Source of the DNA: Felis catus
Lineage: Eukaryota
Assembly: GCF_018350175.1 (NCBI RefSeq)
Contig: NC_058369.1
Coordinates: 28,088,001-28,152,000, forward strand
Length of the DNA: 64,000 nucleotides
Direction of reading: 5' to 3'
The notes under the pieces were generated by a model. It ran no database searches and was not told the origin of the DNA. It was given only the letters and a program-made list of their open reading frames with translations. Below, one piece after another: positions 1 to 13,677 of the stretch; position 1 is the stretch's first letter; each line of letters begins with the position of its first letter. The position numbers and the translations under genes were made by a program.

Positions 1-813
1 CGGCACGTATGACTGATCACTGCCCCAACGCTCTCCTTCAAAATTAATGCCCAGTCAAATTATATCCCCCCAAAACTATTGATTTCCATTTCTTTATCTC
101 TATCAGCTGCAATCAAAATCTAAGTCTCAATGACTGCAAAGACCTTCCATCTGATCCTCTTGATTATTAGTTTTCCTCTAGCCAATTCACCCACATGCCA
201 CTGCCTGGCGATTTTTTTTTTTAAGAATACTGACATAAGGCACCCCTCCAGTGGTTCCTTGTTTCTTTTGACTCCATTCATTCATTCACTCAATTAACAC
301 TTACTAAACACCCATCAAACACTAAATACTGTGCTATGTACCAGAGATGCAAAAACGAATAAATTACACCCTTGAGAGCCCAGCAGGGAGAAGGAAACAG
401 GTGACAATACAATGCTCTAAACAAGAAATAGGAATGTGGAAGCTCATCCTGTAGGATGAGGAGGATAAAATCTCATAGACATGAAGCCATATCTGCAACA
501 CCTCCAGAGATAAAAAGTGTTTGTCAAGCAACAAAGAGAAGGGCACCCTTTTCCTCTCCTAGGGTACAAACCTAAAAGAAACAAACCTGTATGTTATACA
601 AAGAAGATCCTCCTCTGGAGGGTTAAATGGAATCACTGCTGCAGTAAGTGTGTCACTGAGTAATTACCTAGGATGCAAAGACATTTGACAAAGGAACTGA
701 AACAACAACAACAACAACAACAAAACAGATTCCTCACAGAAGGTGCAGTGGTGATGGCTAAGAGCTCCTCGGGGCAATTACTGATTCTGCTGTCAAAGTT
801 GAAAAGGTAGAGA

Positions 814-1003
814 GGGGCGCCTGGGAGGCTCAGTCAGTTAGCATCCGACCATGATCTCATGGTTGGTGGGTGCCAGCCCAATATTCCAACACTGAGATCA
901 TTGTGGTCAGCACAGAGCCTGCTTCAGATGCTCTGTCCCCCTCTTGCTGCCCCTGTCCCGCTTGTGTGTATGCTCTCTCTCTCAACAATAAATAAAACAT
1001 TTT
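814..1003 (+). mobile_element. Carnivore SINE (SINEC), diverged
   Basis: GGGGCGCCTGGGAGGCTCAG tRNA-like head, (CT)n, AATAAATAAA tail. Confidence 0.9.
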
Positions 1004-1089
1004 AATACTAAGGTATCAAAATTTAAGGATCAAATAAACAGAAGATATTGAAGGCAACACAGTATTACAAACACTGGCACTGCACTGGC

Positions 1090-1295
1090 AAAAGAAAAAG
1101 GGGAAGGATGGGGAGAGGAAAAGGAGGGGAAGGGGAAGGAAGGGAGAAGGAAAGGGGAGGGAGGGGAGGAGGAAGGGAAAGGGGAAGAGAGGGGGAAGAG
1201 AGGGGGAAGAGAGGGGAAAGGGAGGGGAAGGGAAAAGAAAGAGGAGGGGAGAGGAGGGAAGGGGAGGAAGAAAGGAAAGAAGGAAACAGAGGGAA
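1090..1295 (+). repeat. Polypurine (GGGAA/GGAGA) low-complexity tract
   Basis: About 200 bp made almost entirely of G and A. Confidence 0.95.
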
Positions 1296-1343
1296 GAATA
1301 TTAGGCCTCAATGGCAATGAACACAGAACTAAACTACCTTTTA

Positions 1344-1369
1344 AAAATTTTTTTTTATTGTTTGTTATT

Positions 1370-1416
<47 letters not shown>

Positions 1417-1581
1417 AAGCAAGCAGGGAAGGGGCAGAGAGAGGGAGACACAGAATCGGAAGCAGGCTCCAGGCTCTGAGCGCTCAGGGAAGAGCCCGAT
1501 GCGGGGCTCGAACTCATAGACTGGGGATCATGACCTGAGCCGTAGCCGGCTGCCCAACCAACTGAGCCACTCAGGCACCCC
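1344..1581 (-). mobile_element. SINEC
   Basis: Reverse SINE with long (GA)n; TSD agaactaaactac on both sides. Confidence 0.95.
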
Positions 1582-3254
1582 AGAACTAAACTACTTTTTA
1601 AGGAACAATTCTTAATGCAACTTCTCCTAACCCTCACAAAGATCATCAGAAGGTAAGTCCTTTCAAGAGCACTGAGGTTTATTTAATGTCACCTCATACC
1701 TAATCTCATATGGATCCACTCATGGGGAAGTCAAATCCTGGAGCCTATTCCATTCCAGACCTCATTTTAAAACACATGTGCTTCCTCTATTCTAAAACCA
1801 GGGGACACGGGTCCACTCAAGACCTGCAGCATCGCACAATAGTACTCAGCCATCCTGCGTACAAGTCTCCTGCCACGGGTGGCCGGAGTCTGGGGTTGAG
1901 ATGGAGATCTACCACCCCAAAGCTCAATACACGTCAAAGATGAAAGCTTTTCTTTTTTTTTTTTCTTTTTTTTTTTTTGGCAGGGGGCACAAAATTTTTT
2001 CTTTTAATTTCTTTTTCATATCAAATTAATCTTTCTTACCATACTGTGTGTTTTCTAATACTAATGATCCTTCCAGATGTGTGTTGTGTGCTCATCATGG
2101 GTGAAAACAGGACCTCCCTTACTTCTGTTACCCTACCACCTGCTGTGTCTAGCATTTAAGTGTTAAATTAATCATGGGAGAGTAAATGACATGTGTATCC
2201 TATGCAGACATATTGTCATTGCATAGGTAAATGAGGCTGAACACCCTACCTATTCAATAATACATCCAGTTTTGTTAACTCTTCGGAGACTCAGTTTTTT
2301 CATGAATGAAATGTGGATCATACTGCCTTCCCCATAAAGTAGTAATGAGGGATACACAGGGTAAGGTATACAAAAAAAAAAAAAAAAAAAAAGCTTAATG
2401 AATCTTTAATAAAGGACCATAAAATTCTGAACCAGAGCAAAAACAAAAACAAAAAAACAAAAAAACAAAACAAAAAACCACCATTTTAGGAAAATCATAA
2501 GCTAGCCAACAGTGGACTGTAACTCTAACGGAACCTCGGAGTTTCCCCTAGCCTTGCAGGGAGCTCCTTCAGTTTTCTCAGGGTGGGTAAATCTAGGAAT
2601 TTTAAGGGAAAGATACTGTTCTGTCAAAATGTAGGTGATGGTTAGGGAAGCAAGGTGGGTGGCAGGCAGACGTCTCAGGGAAGGTGGTGCAAAAGAAATG
2701 AGTGGGAATCGCAAATTCCATGTGCCCAAGAGAAAAGGCTATTTTCTTCTCTATAATAACAGTGTCCCTTTCCATGCCAACAACCCCACAATGATCCTTA
2801 GATCCTTACCATTGCTCTTCCCTGTTTAATTCCCTGCCCTTGAATTGTTCACTGAGTCCGAGTGATGTGTGTCTATGTGTGTAAAGTTTTAAGGAAAATT
2901 TATATACAATTTTATGTCCTTGCTTATGAAATCTACATGGAAACGTGGAAAATTGCTTAATGTTTTAAAACAAATCAAATTATGCTACTATCCTATTTAT
3001 ATATATGGTAATGACCATAATTTATTGAACATTGAATGCCTGGCACTTTCTTATGTGCTTCATATGGATCTCACTTATCTCCCACAATTCAAAGACGTAT
3101 ATTTTCTTCTTAGGCCCATCTTACAGATGAGTGAACTTGAAGACAGAGAAGAGTTAAGTAGTCTTTACAAGGTTATACAGCTAGAAAAAAAGCGGCAACT
3201 GGGATTAGATCCCACTGGATTTTAACTAAGTCACTATAAAGCCACTAGCCTGGA

Positions 3255-3943
3255 TATGCTCCGTCCCCCTCCCACCCTCTCCTGGCCAGACCGCACTCCC
3301 ACGCCCTCTCCATCTTGCTCTGAGCCCCTGGAGGCTGACCTCTGTGGACACAACCAAACTTTCCCCTGGCCCTCTTGGCTTCAGGTTGAGTTTGGAAGCG
3401 CCTTCAATTTACTCAGGTTAGATACCTTCAGAAATTGAAAGGGAAAAATACTGTTTTGTCCAAATGTAGATGACGGTTAGAGAAGCAAGGTGGGTGACAG
3501 ATAAAAGCCTTCAGGGAAGGTGAGGCAGAAGAAACAGGCAGAAATCCCAGATTCCACTTGCCTTAAAATAAAAGGCTGGGGGGAGGGGTGTATTTTCCTG
3601 GAAAGAGTGCAGGCAGGAGATGGGAAGAAAGGAAGAGAGCAGGTGAAGATATTTATTGCTGTTCCTCCTTGCCAGGTCACCTGTATCTGAAGTCCTCAAC
3701 CAAAGGTCATGGCCCTCTCAAGAACTCTCTCCCTTGTAGTTCCAATAGCACCTGCCTCTCCTACTCCCTTTAGGTCATGCACAGTAATAGCTCTACTATT
3801 CCTAACCTCAGTTCATATAATATTTTTCTTTGGCTCCACTCCATTTACCCCACAACTTGGTAGATAGTCCCATTGTAAATAAACTCTTCAACTCAATATG
3901 ATTTGAATATGCCATCTGTTTCCTATTGAGATCCGGACTGATA
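3255..3943 (+). mobile_element. ERVL solo LTR (LTR33-like), interrupted by a ~200 bp insert
   Basis: Motifs ggaggctgacctctgtgga, ctcttggcttcaggttg, gatatttatt, atagtccc...aataaactct and terminal gccatctgtttcct...gactgata resemble the recalled LTR33 consensus. Confidence 0.7.
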
Positions 3944-4710
3944 TAGCCTTCCAAATAATGCTTTGGTCTCAGAGCACCATGATGCTTCTGCTCTCCAAAC
4001 AGCCCATGCTTTTCTACAACTCTGTGCCTGTACAGTGCATGCTGATACGAGGTGGTAAAGCTCTCCCACCTTTCCCACCAAGGAATTCCCACTTATCCTT
4101 TATAACTTCTCAAGGCAGCTCTTTTGATCCCCCACCATTGGCAGAATTAGGGGCTGCTTCTGTCATACTCAACAGGCATCTATAACTCTGAGAATGCATT
4201 ATATTGTATACAGATGAGGAACAGGCAAGTCTCAACATCTACCAGCAGCTACCCAGTAGATACAAACAAATCAGCACTGAATACTTGAATGAGTCTATTG
4301 CTGTGTTATATACTTTCTTCCTTCAGTTCCTCCCAACAAATCCATCAAATTACTGGTGTTTAATTTAGAAACATGGAAGACCACGCATCTCTAACCAAAG
4401 GATGAAATACTGAGAGCTCTGAAACTGGCATCACTCTGGGAAACCAAAATCCAACATAAAGATTTATTTAAAAACACATGAGGGGAGACAAATAAGAAGA
4501 GATGCTTTGAATCTAAGCTTGCAAGTAACATGTTTTCCTTAATAACTTGATTTACTGAAAAACACATGCTGAACTCTTGAAAAATAAAGGTATTTTTCAG
4601 TTCAGTATACAGTTACTGAGTTTTAAATTCTAACACAATTCACTTTTCAAAAATAGATCCTCAAACTATGCTTCTATAATACATTAAAATACCAACTGAT
4701 TTAAACTCAC

Positions 4711-5068
4711 CTAAATAACCTAATGACTCATTAAAACAACTTTCTTTTTTGCTAATAACATAGTTCTTCTTCACATATAATTCATTTTTCTTCTAGTTAT
4801 TTCCAAAGAAGATTGTATTACTGTCACAGACCCCCTTCTGTTTTGAGAACTTAGGAGGTCATCTCTTGCAGAGCAAGATGTCTAACATTTACACGCAGAT
4901 TTTCAAAGATTTAACATCATTCTTCGCTCTTAAGATCCATTCTTATGATATGGTTGCTCAGAAAGTTAACTCCTCATCCAGGATCTTTAAATGATTTGAT
5001 TCTTTGGATGTTACAACTCTCAACTGTTGTAACTACAGAACTTTTATTTCCTCCCCTTAGGGAAATAC
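4711..5068 (-). other. Putative non-coding exon (358 nt) of an unidentified minus-strand transcript
   Basis: Minus-strand acceptor ttttattgctag| and donor tttag|gtgagt; no recognisable repeat; only short ORFs. Confidence 0.35.
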
Positions 5069-6259
5069 CTAGCAATAAAATACACCTGATTAACAGCTGA
5101 GTCCATGCAGCATGCAACATTCATAGATGCTAAATGCCTCTTTAAAGTGTACTTAGTATTTACAAATCATCTTGCCTCCCTTTAACAGCCAAAACAGTGG
5201 TGTTCTAAATAAAATACGTACAATAATATGGCAAATATTTACTTGCCAATGAATGGCTATGGCTTGCTATCATTTATTTCCATTTCTGAAAATCAATCAA
5301 GAAGCCCTACAAATCATATTTTGTGGGCACAGAACTGAATTTCTGTGAAAGAAAGGGGTTGCCTTCCGTTAACATCCCATAAGCTGAGCACTTTGCATGT
5401 GATGCCTCATTTTATCCTACAGACCCTACAAAACCAGGTCAGAAAGGCTAAGACACTAGCTGAAGATGACGCAGTTAACAATCACATGAATTTCTGATGC
5501 CTAGTCTCAGGTTCTTGCCATTATACCATGCTGTCTACCCACACAGGCAAGAGGCCACACATACATCAAATGAAAATACGGACACAATAGATTCAACTTG
5601 CCATTATTTTTTGCCCCATTATGTTTGCCCTCTAAGGAGAATGAGGGAGGAAGAGAGGTTTTTGTATTAGTTCATTATCACTGATCCTCATCATCAAAGA
5701 GCTAGTCTCTAAAAATGAACTCACCCTTCCCTCAACAATGCTAAATACTAGTAGACCCTGGACTGGCCTCTTAGTTTTCATTTCAGAGGATCAGGGTTCT
5801 TAATGTTGTATCATCAATTCCTCTCAATTAAGTCTGGTCCTATTCCTGCCTTGGACGTTCAGCTCCCAGACAGATGGTTCAATTATCCAGAGTCTCTTTC
5901 TCAATCAGTAGCCAATTCCCTGGGATAAAATAGCTTACGTTCCTCAATGTCCCTCCAGAGTATTTTTAAAAAGATTTCAAACAATATTCCATTTCAGTGA
6001 ATTGTCTAGGGAAAAAAAATGTTTTCATTGGAGGGAAATGTTGCTAACTCTGCTCCTTTCTAAAGACATTGGACATTCTAAGCAAATCTTTATCCTAAAA
6101 ATCCATGAGAGGTAGGAATAATCCAAACTGACCACAGAATATATAAATCCTCATAGATTATACTCTTGGCCAAAATGCATTTGATGAATTTTGAAATAAT
6201 TCATACATTTATTAACAAATTCACCTTGGTTTATTGTGAAAAATCATAATCAACAACTT

Positions 6260-7610
6260 GAATTGATTATTTCACTGATTATTATCGGAGTGTAAGAGTT
6301 TGTTGATTTTTAAGAGTTTGATTTATATATATATACAAATACAACTTTCTTTGTTAGATTTATATATAAGTATTTTCTTCCAGATAATAGCTAGCTTTTT
6401 CATTGTCTTAACTGAGTCTTCTGATAAGCAAAAACTTTTAATTTTAATGAAGCCCAAGTTATCAACTTTTTTTCTTTTATAATTACTGGCTGTGTTCACT
6501 AAGAAATCTAACCCAAAGTTTCTCTACATTTTGTTCTAACAGCTTTACACTTTTAGTTTTTACATTGAAGTCTATGACCCACCTGAAAATAGTTTTTCTG
6601 TTATTTAGCTGGGATAACTTCTATTTATATGGTGTTAAGTGCATTAACCTCTTATCATGCAGCATCTAATTGGCTTTTAATCCCAGCTATTATATTTTTT
6701 ATTTTAGCCATTGTACTTTTCCCCTCTAGCACCTCCGATTTTTTTTATAGTTACCATTTCTTAGCCAAAATTCCCCATCTGTTCATGCATTATGTCCAAC
6801 TTTTCCTTTAAGTTCTTGAACATTGTTCTAGTAGGTATGCTAACTCAAATATCTTTTCATTTTGGCATCTGTTTTCAGTGACTGCTTGCCTTTTTGATTG
6901 AATATCACATTTTCCTGCTTCTTATATATCATAATTGCACATGATACACAGCAAGGTTTCTGGATTATCTTTTCTTCCCATATAGGTATTAAGAATTATT
7001 CTGGTCGTTATGAAATTGTTGGCAGATGCTTTTGATCCTGTCAGACTAGTTTTTACACTCTATTAGAGTAGGTCTATTTGGTTTCATTCTTAGTTCTAAG
7101 GACATGACCCTCATTCTGGATTCTTATTACTGAGGTGTCACTTTTCTATATTCTCAGCTGAGTTTCTGGGCTATTCAACAAGACCTTTCCACTCTAGTAA
7201 GGACAGGACTCGAACATCTCACATGGTTTTATGACTTCCGATAACCCTATTAAGCATTCAGCCCTGGGGAAGCCTTCTTCCAGGTTCTATAGAGTTCTGT
7301 TGCATGTGCAGCACAGCCCTTGGCCAGTAACATACATGGAACCCCTATGAGTCCCACTTCTGCATTCTGTACCACTTCCTTCTCCTCAGTAGCCTGATCA
7401 TCAAATTTCAGCAACTTCAGCAGCTCTGAACATCAAACTCAGGTGAACGCCTTACTTAAGTGAAACCAATGCCCTTTGCTATGGCCTCTCCTCTTTACAT
7501 GGATATTAGTAACTCTTGTGTGTTTCCCTCTTTCTAAGGATCATACCTATACTGTCTTCCAATGCCTAAAATCAGTTGCCTTATGTATTTTGTCCAGGTT
7601 TATATGTTGT
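6260..7610 (-). mobile_element. Old L1M fragments
   Basis: T-rich antisense L1 motifs (aaacttttaattttaatgaag, tttttacattgaagtctatgacc); highly diverged. Confidence 0.6.
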
Positions 7611-7611
7611 T

Positions 7612-7648
7612 TACATATATACATATATATATGTATATATATATATAT

Positions 7649-7680
<32 letters not shown>

Positions 7681-7777
7681 ATGTATGTATGTATGTATAT
7701 ATATACATATATATATGTATATATATATATATGTATGTATATATATGTATATATATATGTATATATATACATATATA

Positions 7778-7818
<41 letters not shown>

Positions 7819-7980
7819 ATATGTATATATATGTATGTATATATATGTATATATATACATATATATGTGTGTATATATATATATGTATGTATATATATAT
7901 ATGTATATATATATATATACACACATATATATATATACATACATATATATGTATACATATATATATATATACATATATAC
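7612..7980. repeat. (TA)n/(TATG)n compound microsatellite
   Basis: About 370 bp of alternating purine-pyrimidine; explains the Y/I/M-rich ORFs here. Confidence 0.98.
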
Positions 7981-9440
7981 AGTTATTTTATCATGGTTGA
8001 TAAAGAAGCAAATATTCAAGCTTAACATAAAATTCGTAGGCAGGAGACTATATACATGGCTATTTCAATTGATGACCTTAGAATACTGCTGAAGCAAAAT
8101 CCTAATCAAGGTAACCAGGACAAAGACAGGGTCAAGAATATTTTATAAAATATTTCTAAGCCACAGAGAAAAAAGTCAGGATTAACCATGTTGGCGATAA
8201 TTTATAAACTACATTTAAAATGTGTTTGCAACATATCTGAATTATCCTAATAAAGAAAAGTGTCTGCTATAGCAGTACGTGATTCACCGTCTGTGTCAGA
8301 GAGCTTTGGAACTCTCATTCTTCACACATAGTGTCATTTTTTTCATAATATAGAAGAGGAAGAGCTATTAGAAAAACTTATGTCATAAGCATTAAGCTTA
8401 TGGATATATGCTTGAATTAACAACATATTTGGCCAAGATTCAAAATGACTTCATGTTTTCTGAGGCCCAATTCAGCTACAACTTGAGGTCAAGCAAAGAA
8501 ATTAGGTCTAAAAGCTGACATAAAAATAGATTTTCTCTCCACACTCTTTCAGATACACATTAATATTGTTTGGAGTGCTTTTCTTGTCAAATTCCAAACT
8601 CTCTTCCCCAATGAAACAATCTTGTCCCAGGGCTTTCATTAAGTCACTGAAAATGCCCAAATCAAAATTGCAAGGTCAAACCTCCCCCTGGGTTTAAATA
8701 TTCACTTAGCTATCTGCCTTGAACTCAACACATCCAAAACAATTCCTTCTTTTCCCACAAAAATTGCACCTTCTCATGTGCAGCTTCCGGTTGTTCTATG
8801 CACTTACCTACCTGGAAGTGGATTCTTATCTCTCTTCCCATTAACCCTTTTATTTATCTAATTCATCACTAAGCCACAGTAGTCCCTGCCTTTAACTATA
8901 TCTCAATGCTGTCCCCTTGTTTCTATCACTGCTCTAGTGCTAACTTTTTTTCATTATTCACTTAATCTGTTTCCACAGCCTTTGAAGTGGTCTCCCCTCC
9001 AATCCATCTACAACACAGCTCCTGAGTCACCAACTTGAACACATATTTCCTACTTTAAAATCCACCAAGTACTCCCAAATATCCCCAGACTAAAGCTCAC
9101 ACTTCTTTTGCTTCAATCTACCTCTCCTACGTCAAGTCCAGTGTCTCTTCCTTGATAATTTACACTATGGCCACACTAATCGGATCGAAGATGACTGCAT
9201 GATATTGCTTCAGCACTTCAATCCTTTGCACAAGTCAAACCATCTATCTGCCTGAGACTAAATGCCTACTCATCCTTGGGACTCATATCAAACACCTCCT
9301 CCTCTGAGCTCCTGAGGTACATAACCTAATTCTTTCAGCTTCTACTATGCCCTGACCCATTTCTTTTACTACACTACATGTGAAATGACCTGTTGCTCCC
9401 CTCCTAGATTGTAAATGCCATATAGAAAGGAAGTCTAACA

Positions 9441-9688
9441 GGGGCGCCTGGGTGGCTCAGTTGGTTGAGCAACCAACTTCAGCTCAGCTCATGATTTCAT
9501 GGTTTGTGGGTTCGGGCCCCACAATGTGTCCGGCTCTGTGCTGACAGCTCAGAACCTGGAGTCTGCTTTGGATCCTGTGTCTCCCTCTCTCTCTTCCCCT
9601 CCCCAACTTGGGCTCTGTCTCTCTCTTTCTCTCTCTGTCTCTCAAAAATAAATAAACAGTATTTTTTTTTTTAAATAAAAAGAAGAAA
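9441..9688 (+). mobile_element. SINEC
   Basis: ggggcgcctgggtggctcag head, (CT)n, A-rich tail. Confidence 0.95.
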
Positions 9689-9972
9689 CGAAGGCTAACA
9701 GATCTATCTTTACTCAACCATGATCTGGTACAACGCTTCACCCAAAGTGTACTTCCAGTAATCTCTTGGTGACAGACAAATGAGTTACAGGAAAAAAAAA
9801 GTACACTTTAATTAAAGTACTAAAACTACAATAAATGTCAATTTTAAATTTCACATAGTTATATACACACATATATACATATATTTTTTTAAAAATCCAG
9901 AGACAAGAGGTGTTAGATTTTTTCCCTCTCATTCTGTGATGATCCTTTGGCAAGTTAGTTTTAAAATTTTCA

Positions 9973-10190
9973 GGGGCGCCTGGGTGGCGCAGTCGGTTAA
10001 GCGTCCGACTTCAGCCAGGTCACGATCTCGCGGTCCGTGAGTTCAAGCCCCGCGTCAGGCTCTGGGCTGATGGCTCGGAGCCTGGAGCCTGTTTCCGATT
10101 CTGTGTCTCCCTCTCTCCCTGCCCCTCCCCCGTTCATGCTCTGTCTCTCTCTGTCCCAAAAATAAATAAAAAACGTTGAAAAAAAAATAA
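9973..10190 (+). mobile_element. Young felid SINE (SINEC_Fc-like)
   Basis: CpGs retained (gtggcgcagtcggttaagcgtccgac); TSD aaaattttcag/aaaatgttcag. Confidence 0.95.
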
Positions 10191-10225
10191 AATGTTCAGT
10201 TATTATTTTAAAATATTTGAAATGG

Positions 10226-10474
10226 CTGGGAATGCAAGCTAGTGCAGCCACTCTGGAAAACAGTATGGAGGTTCCTTAAAAAACTAAAAATAGAACTACC
10301 CTACGACCCAGCAATTGCACTACTAGGCATTTATCCAAGGGATACACGTGTGCTGTCTCAAAGAGACACACGCACCCCCATGTTTATAGCAGTATTATCA
10401 ACAATAGCCAAAGTCTGGAAAGAGACCAAATGTCCATCGATGGATGAATGGATAAAGAAGATGCGGCATGTGTG

Positions 10475-10525
<51 letters not shown>

Positions 10526-10930
10526 GGAGTATTACTCGGCAATCAAAAAGAATGAAATCTTGCCATTTGCAACTATGTGGATGGAAGTGGAGGGTATTAG
10601 GCTAAGTGAAATTAGTCAGAGAATGACAAAAATCATATGACTTCACATATATGAGGGCTTTAAGAGACAAAATAGATGAACATAAGGGAAGAGAACAGAT
10701 GAGCATATTATTATATGAAATAATATAAAAACAGGGAGGGGGACAAAACAGAAGAGACTCATAAACATGGAGAACAAACTGAGGGTTATGGGAGGGGTTG
10801 TGGGAGGGGGGATGGGCTAAATGGGTAAGGGGCACAAAAGAATCTACTCCTGAAATCATTGTTGCACTGTATGCTAATTTGGGTGTAAATTTAAAAAAAA
10901 TAAATAAAACAAGTTAAAAATAAAATAAAA
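10226..10930 (+). mobile_element. 5'-truncated carnivore/felid L1 (ORF2 end + 3'UTR + polyA)
   Basis: ORF2 C-terminal peptide QPLWKTVWRFLKKLKIELPYDPAIALLGIYP; internal (CA)n; degenerate TSD aaaatatttgaaatgg/aaaatatgcgaaatcg. Confidence 0.95.
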
Positions 10931-12662
10931 TATGCGAAATCGCAACCAAAGAGCATGGATCTGCCCAAATGAGTATCTTTAGCAAATCTTAACTTTAAAA
11001 TCATCGTCCATTTCTTACCTCAAGCTTCTCTCTGTCTTATATTCACTTGATAAAGGAATAAGCCAAGGAAGGTACAATTCTAGTGGATCACCCCCTTGTC
11101 CCCTGTTAGCAGAGATCTAGTACGAGGGGCTACATGAAGAGCTTAGGGTGTCCACACCATTAGGTCAAAAGCCTTTTTAAGGCTTGTGGTAAATGCTCAG
11201 TAAATATTTGAATGGTGGATCACGCGAGTGATATCCATTTTAGTTACTGCTTAATGAGTATGTACTATATGTGAAGCCGAGTGTTGACTTTCACATGTAT
11301 AGACTCCTTTAGTCTCAAAATAACCCTAAGAGGTGTGTGCTATTGCTTTTTTACAGAGAAGAGGCAACCTAGAGGGGGAGAGAAAGAAAAGGCACAGTGA
11401 AACTCCATAAAAAAGGCCCAGGCTCTACTCCTGCCTATGACACTCACTTTCTGTTCAGAGACTACAGCATCTCTAATGCCCCTTCCAGCTTTAGCATTGC
11501 CGGATTTCAATCACAATGGTATTAGAATCGTTTGTGAGAGAAACAGAGGTCAGGCTTCATAATAAAATCTCTATTAAAAATGCATTTTTTAGCGTAGTAA
11601 AACTTCTCAGAGGAAATGAGGAGGATTAAATCAAAGCAGTCCAATGTAACTAGAAGTACAGAGACAGTGCCCTTGTCAGTGGCAGTTTTTAACTAAGAAG
11701 ATGTCACAATTGCTACAGGGCCTTTTATTTTTCAATATTATTGGAATGAGAGGCAATAATAATTTCTAATATTAAAGTTATCATTCTTTTTTACAATTTA
11801 ATTTAGAAAATATAATAAAATTGCAACACTATTTCCGAAATACCTTTTAAGAAATACACCCAGATAAATGAACATTTTTAAGTTATTTGATGGCCATGTG
11901 CAAAGGTGGGATCATGGTGCAGGAGGAAAAGGAGGGGAAAAGCAACAGGTATTTGAGAACTTAATCCAAATTTGGTGGATTTTTTTTAACTCAAAATGTT
12001 CATCCAATAGGTAAGTGAAAGCTGGGATTCTTTTTACTCCATTAAAATTCTATTCTCTTTTCACAATGGGATCCTGATGATCATGTAAAAATGTCAAGGT
12101 CCTGCTAGTGACAATTCCTGTATTTTTATACCATCAGGACTTTGAGCTTATGAGCTGCAATAAAGGGCCCTTTCATAACAAAACTGCTGCGCGGAGGAGG
12201 TTCGGGAAGGGCGTAAATGCTTCATGTAACTTTCCCCGAATGGTATCTGAAGTGTTGGTAAAGATGTCAGTGCTTGGGACCTGGAAATGCTATTTCCAGC
12301 CTAGCAAGACTGTGAAATGCTAAAAAATCTAGTTCTTGTTTTTGAAAAGTCAGAAAATTGAAGAGGCCTCTTCAGCTTTATATAAACCAACCTTCCAAAC
12401 TTACCTAAGCAGAGACCACCACTCCTTCACCACCACCTTTTCCTTTCTCTCAAAAATACCTAATAATAACCTGCAAAACATTAGTGGGAGATTAATCTAT
12501 GACTGTGGGGCACCCATAACTTAGCTATTTGGAACATTATGTCAAAGGACAGATTTAATGACATGAGTCCCTTTGCTTATCTCCATCTCATTTTATTTTT
12601 TACTTCTCCTCTTTTGTCTCCTTTCCCTCCTCCATCTCCAGCACATGCCCACACTTGCATTA

Positions 12663-12871
12663 TTTTTTTAACGTTTATTTGTTATTGAGAGACAGAGAGA
12701 GACAGAGTGTGAGTGGGGGAGGGGCAGAGAGACAGGGAGACCCAGAGTCCGAAGCAGCTCCAGGCTCTGAGCTGTCAGCACAGAGCCTGACGCGGGGCTC
12801 AAACTCACAAACCACGAGATCATGACCTGAGCCAGTCCGTCACTCAACCAACTGAGCCACTCAGGCGCCCC
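12663..12871 (-). mobile_element. SINEC
   Basis: Reverse SINE; TSD cacacttgcatt. Confidence 0.95.
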
Positions 12872-13504
12872 CACACTTGCATTCTAAAATGTTGGTCCAA
12901 GACCAAGAGAGTCATGAGGACAAATTCAAGTCCATTTACTTGAAGCAACAAACCTACTGACTTCCTGACAGCAAAATTATATGAAATTAGTGACTTCTAC
13001 TTCAATATGCATTAACCTCTTTTTAATAAGCTACCTCTTTTATCTGCAGTACTGAGTATGCTTTTATTTCTTCCTTATCTGGGATTCGTACTTCCCCCCA
13101 GACTTAAAAAAAAAAATTGGTGGCTGACATGATCAGTACTTCTTCTAAAATCCAAGTTTCTTTTGATATTGAGTTCAATATATTTAGGATAGAAATCAGA
13201 TGACTTAGGCTGATGACAAAGATTTAAGTCAATAGTGAAGAATTTAATTTGTTGTTGTTAGGTTTCATAAACAAATAGAGAAGATTAAATCAAAATTTCA
13301 AAATATCTCCAAAACTGTATTGAGTTTATTTATTCAACAAATAGTGCCTTTTATTCGTCAGACACAGCTTTGGATGCTGAGCATGCTACCATAACCTTTC
13401 TAAAGCCTGTCCTTACCTTCAAGAGATTTTAGTCTAGCAGAAAAGTCAGATATTAATTTTATAATTAAGTTTGTAGACCTCTGATTACAATTGTGATCAT
13501 TGTT

Positions 13505-13677
13505 GGGGCTCCTGGGTGGCTCAGTCGGTTAAGAGTCCAACTCTTGGTTTTGGCTCTCAGGTCATGATCTCACAATTCGTGAGTTCGAGTCCCGCATCGG
13601 GCTCTGTGCTGGCAACACAGGGCCTGCTCCAAAATCCCTCTCTCTTTCTCAAAATAAATAAATAAATAAACACTAAG
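13505..13677 (+). mobile_element. SINEC (shortened body)
   Basis: SINE head and (AAAT)n tail; TSD acaattgtgatcatt. Confidence 0.9.

Noticed and set aside
1030..1646. G/E/R-rich, P/S/F-rich and SLSLSL ORFs
   Set aside because: Translations of the polypurine tract and SINE (GA)n
7476..8092. Longest ORFs in the track (115-176 aa, Y/I/M-rich)
   Set aside because: Artefacts of the (TA)n/(TATG)n microsatellite
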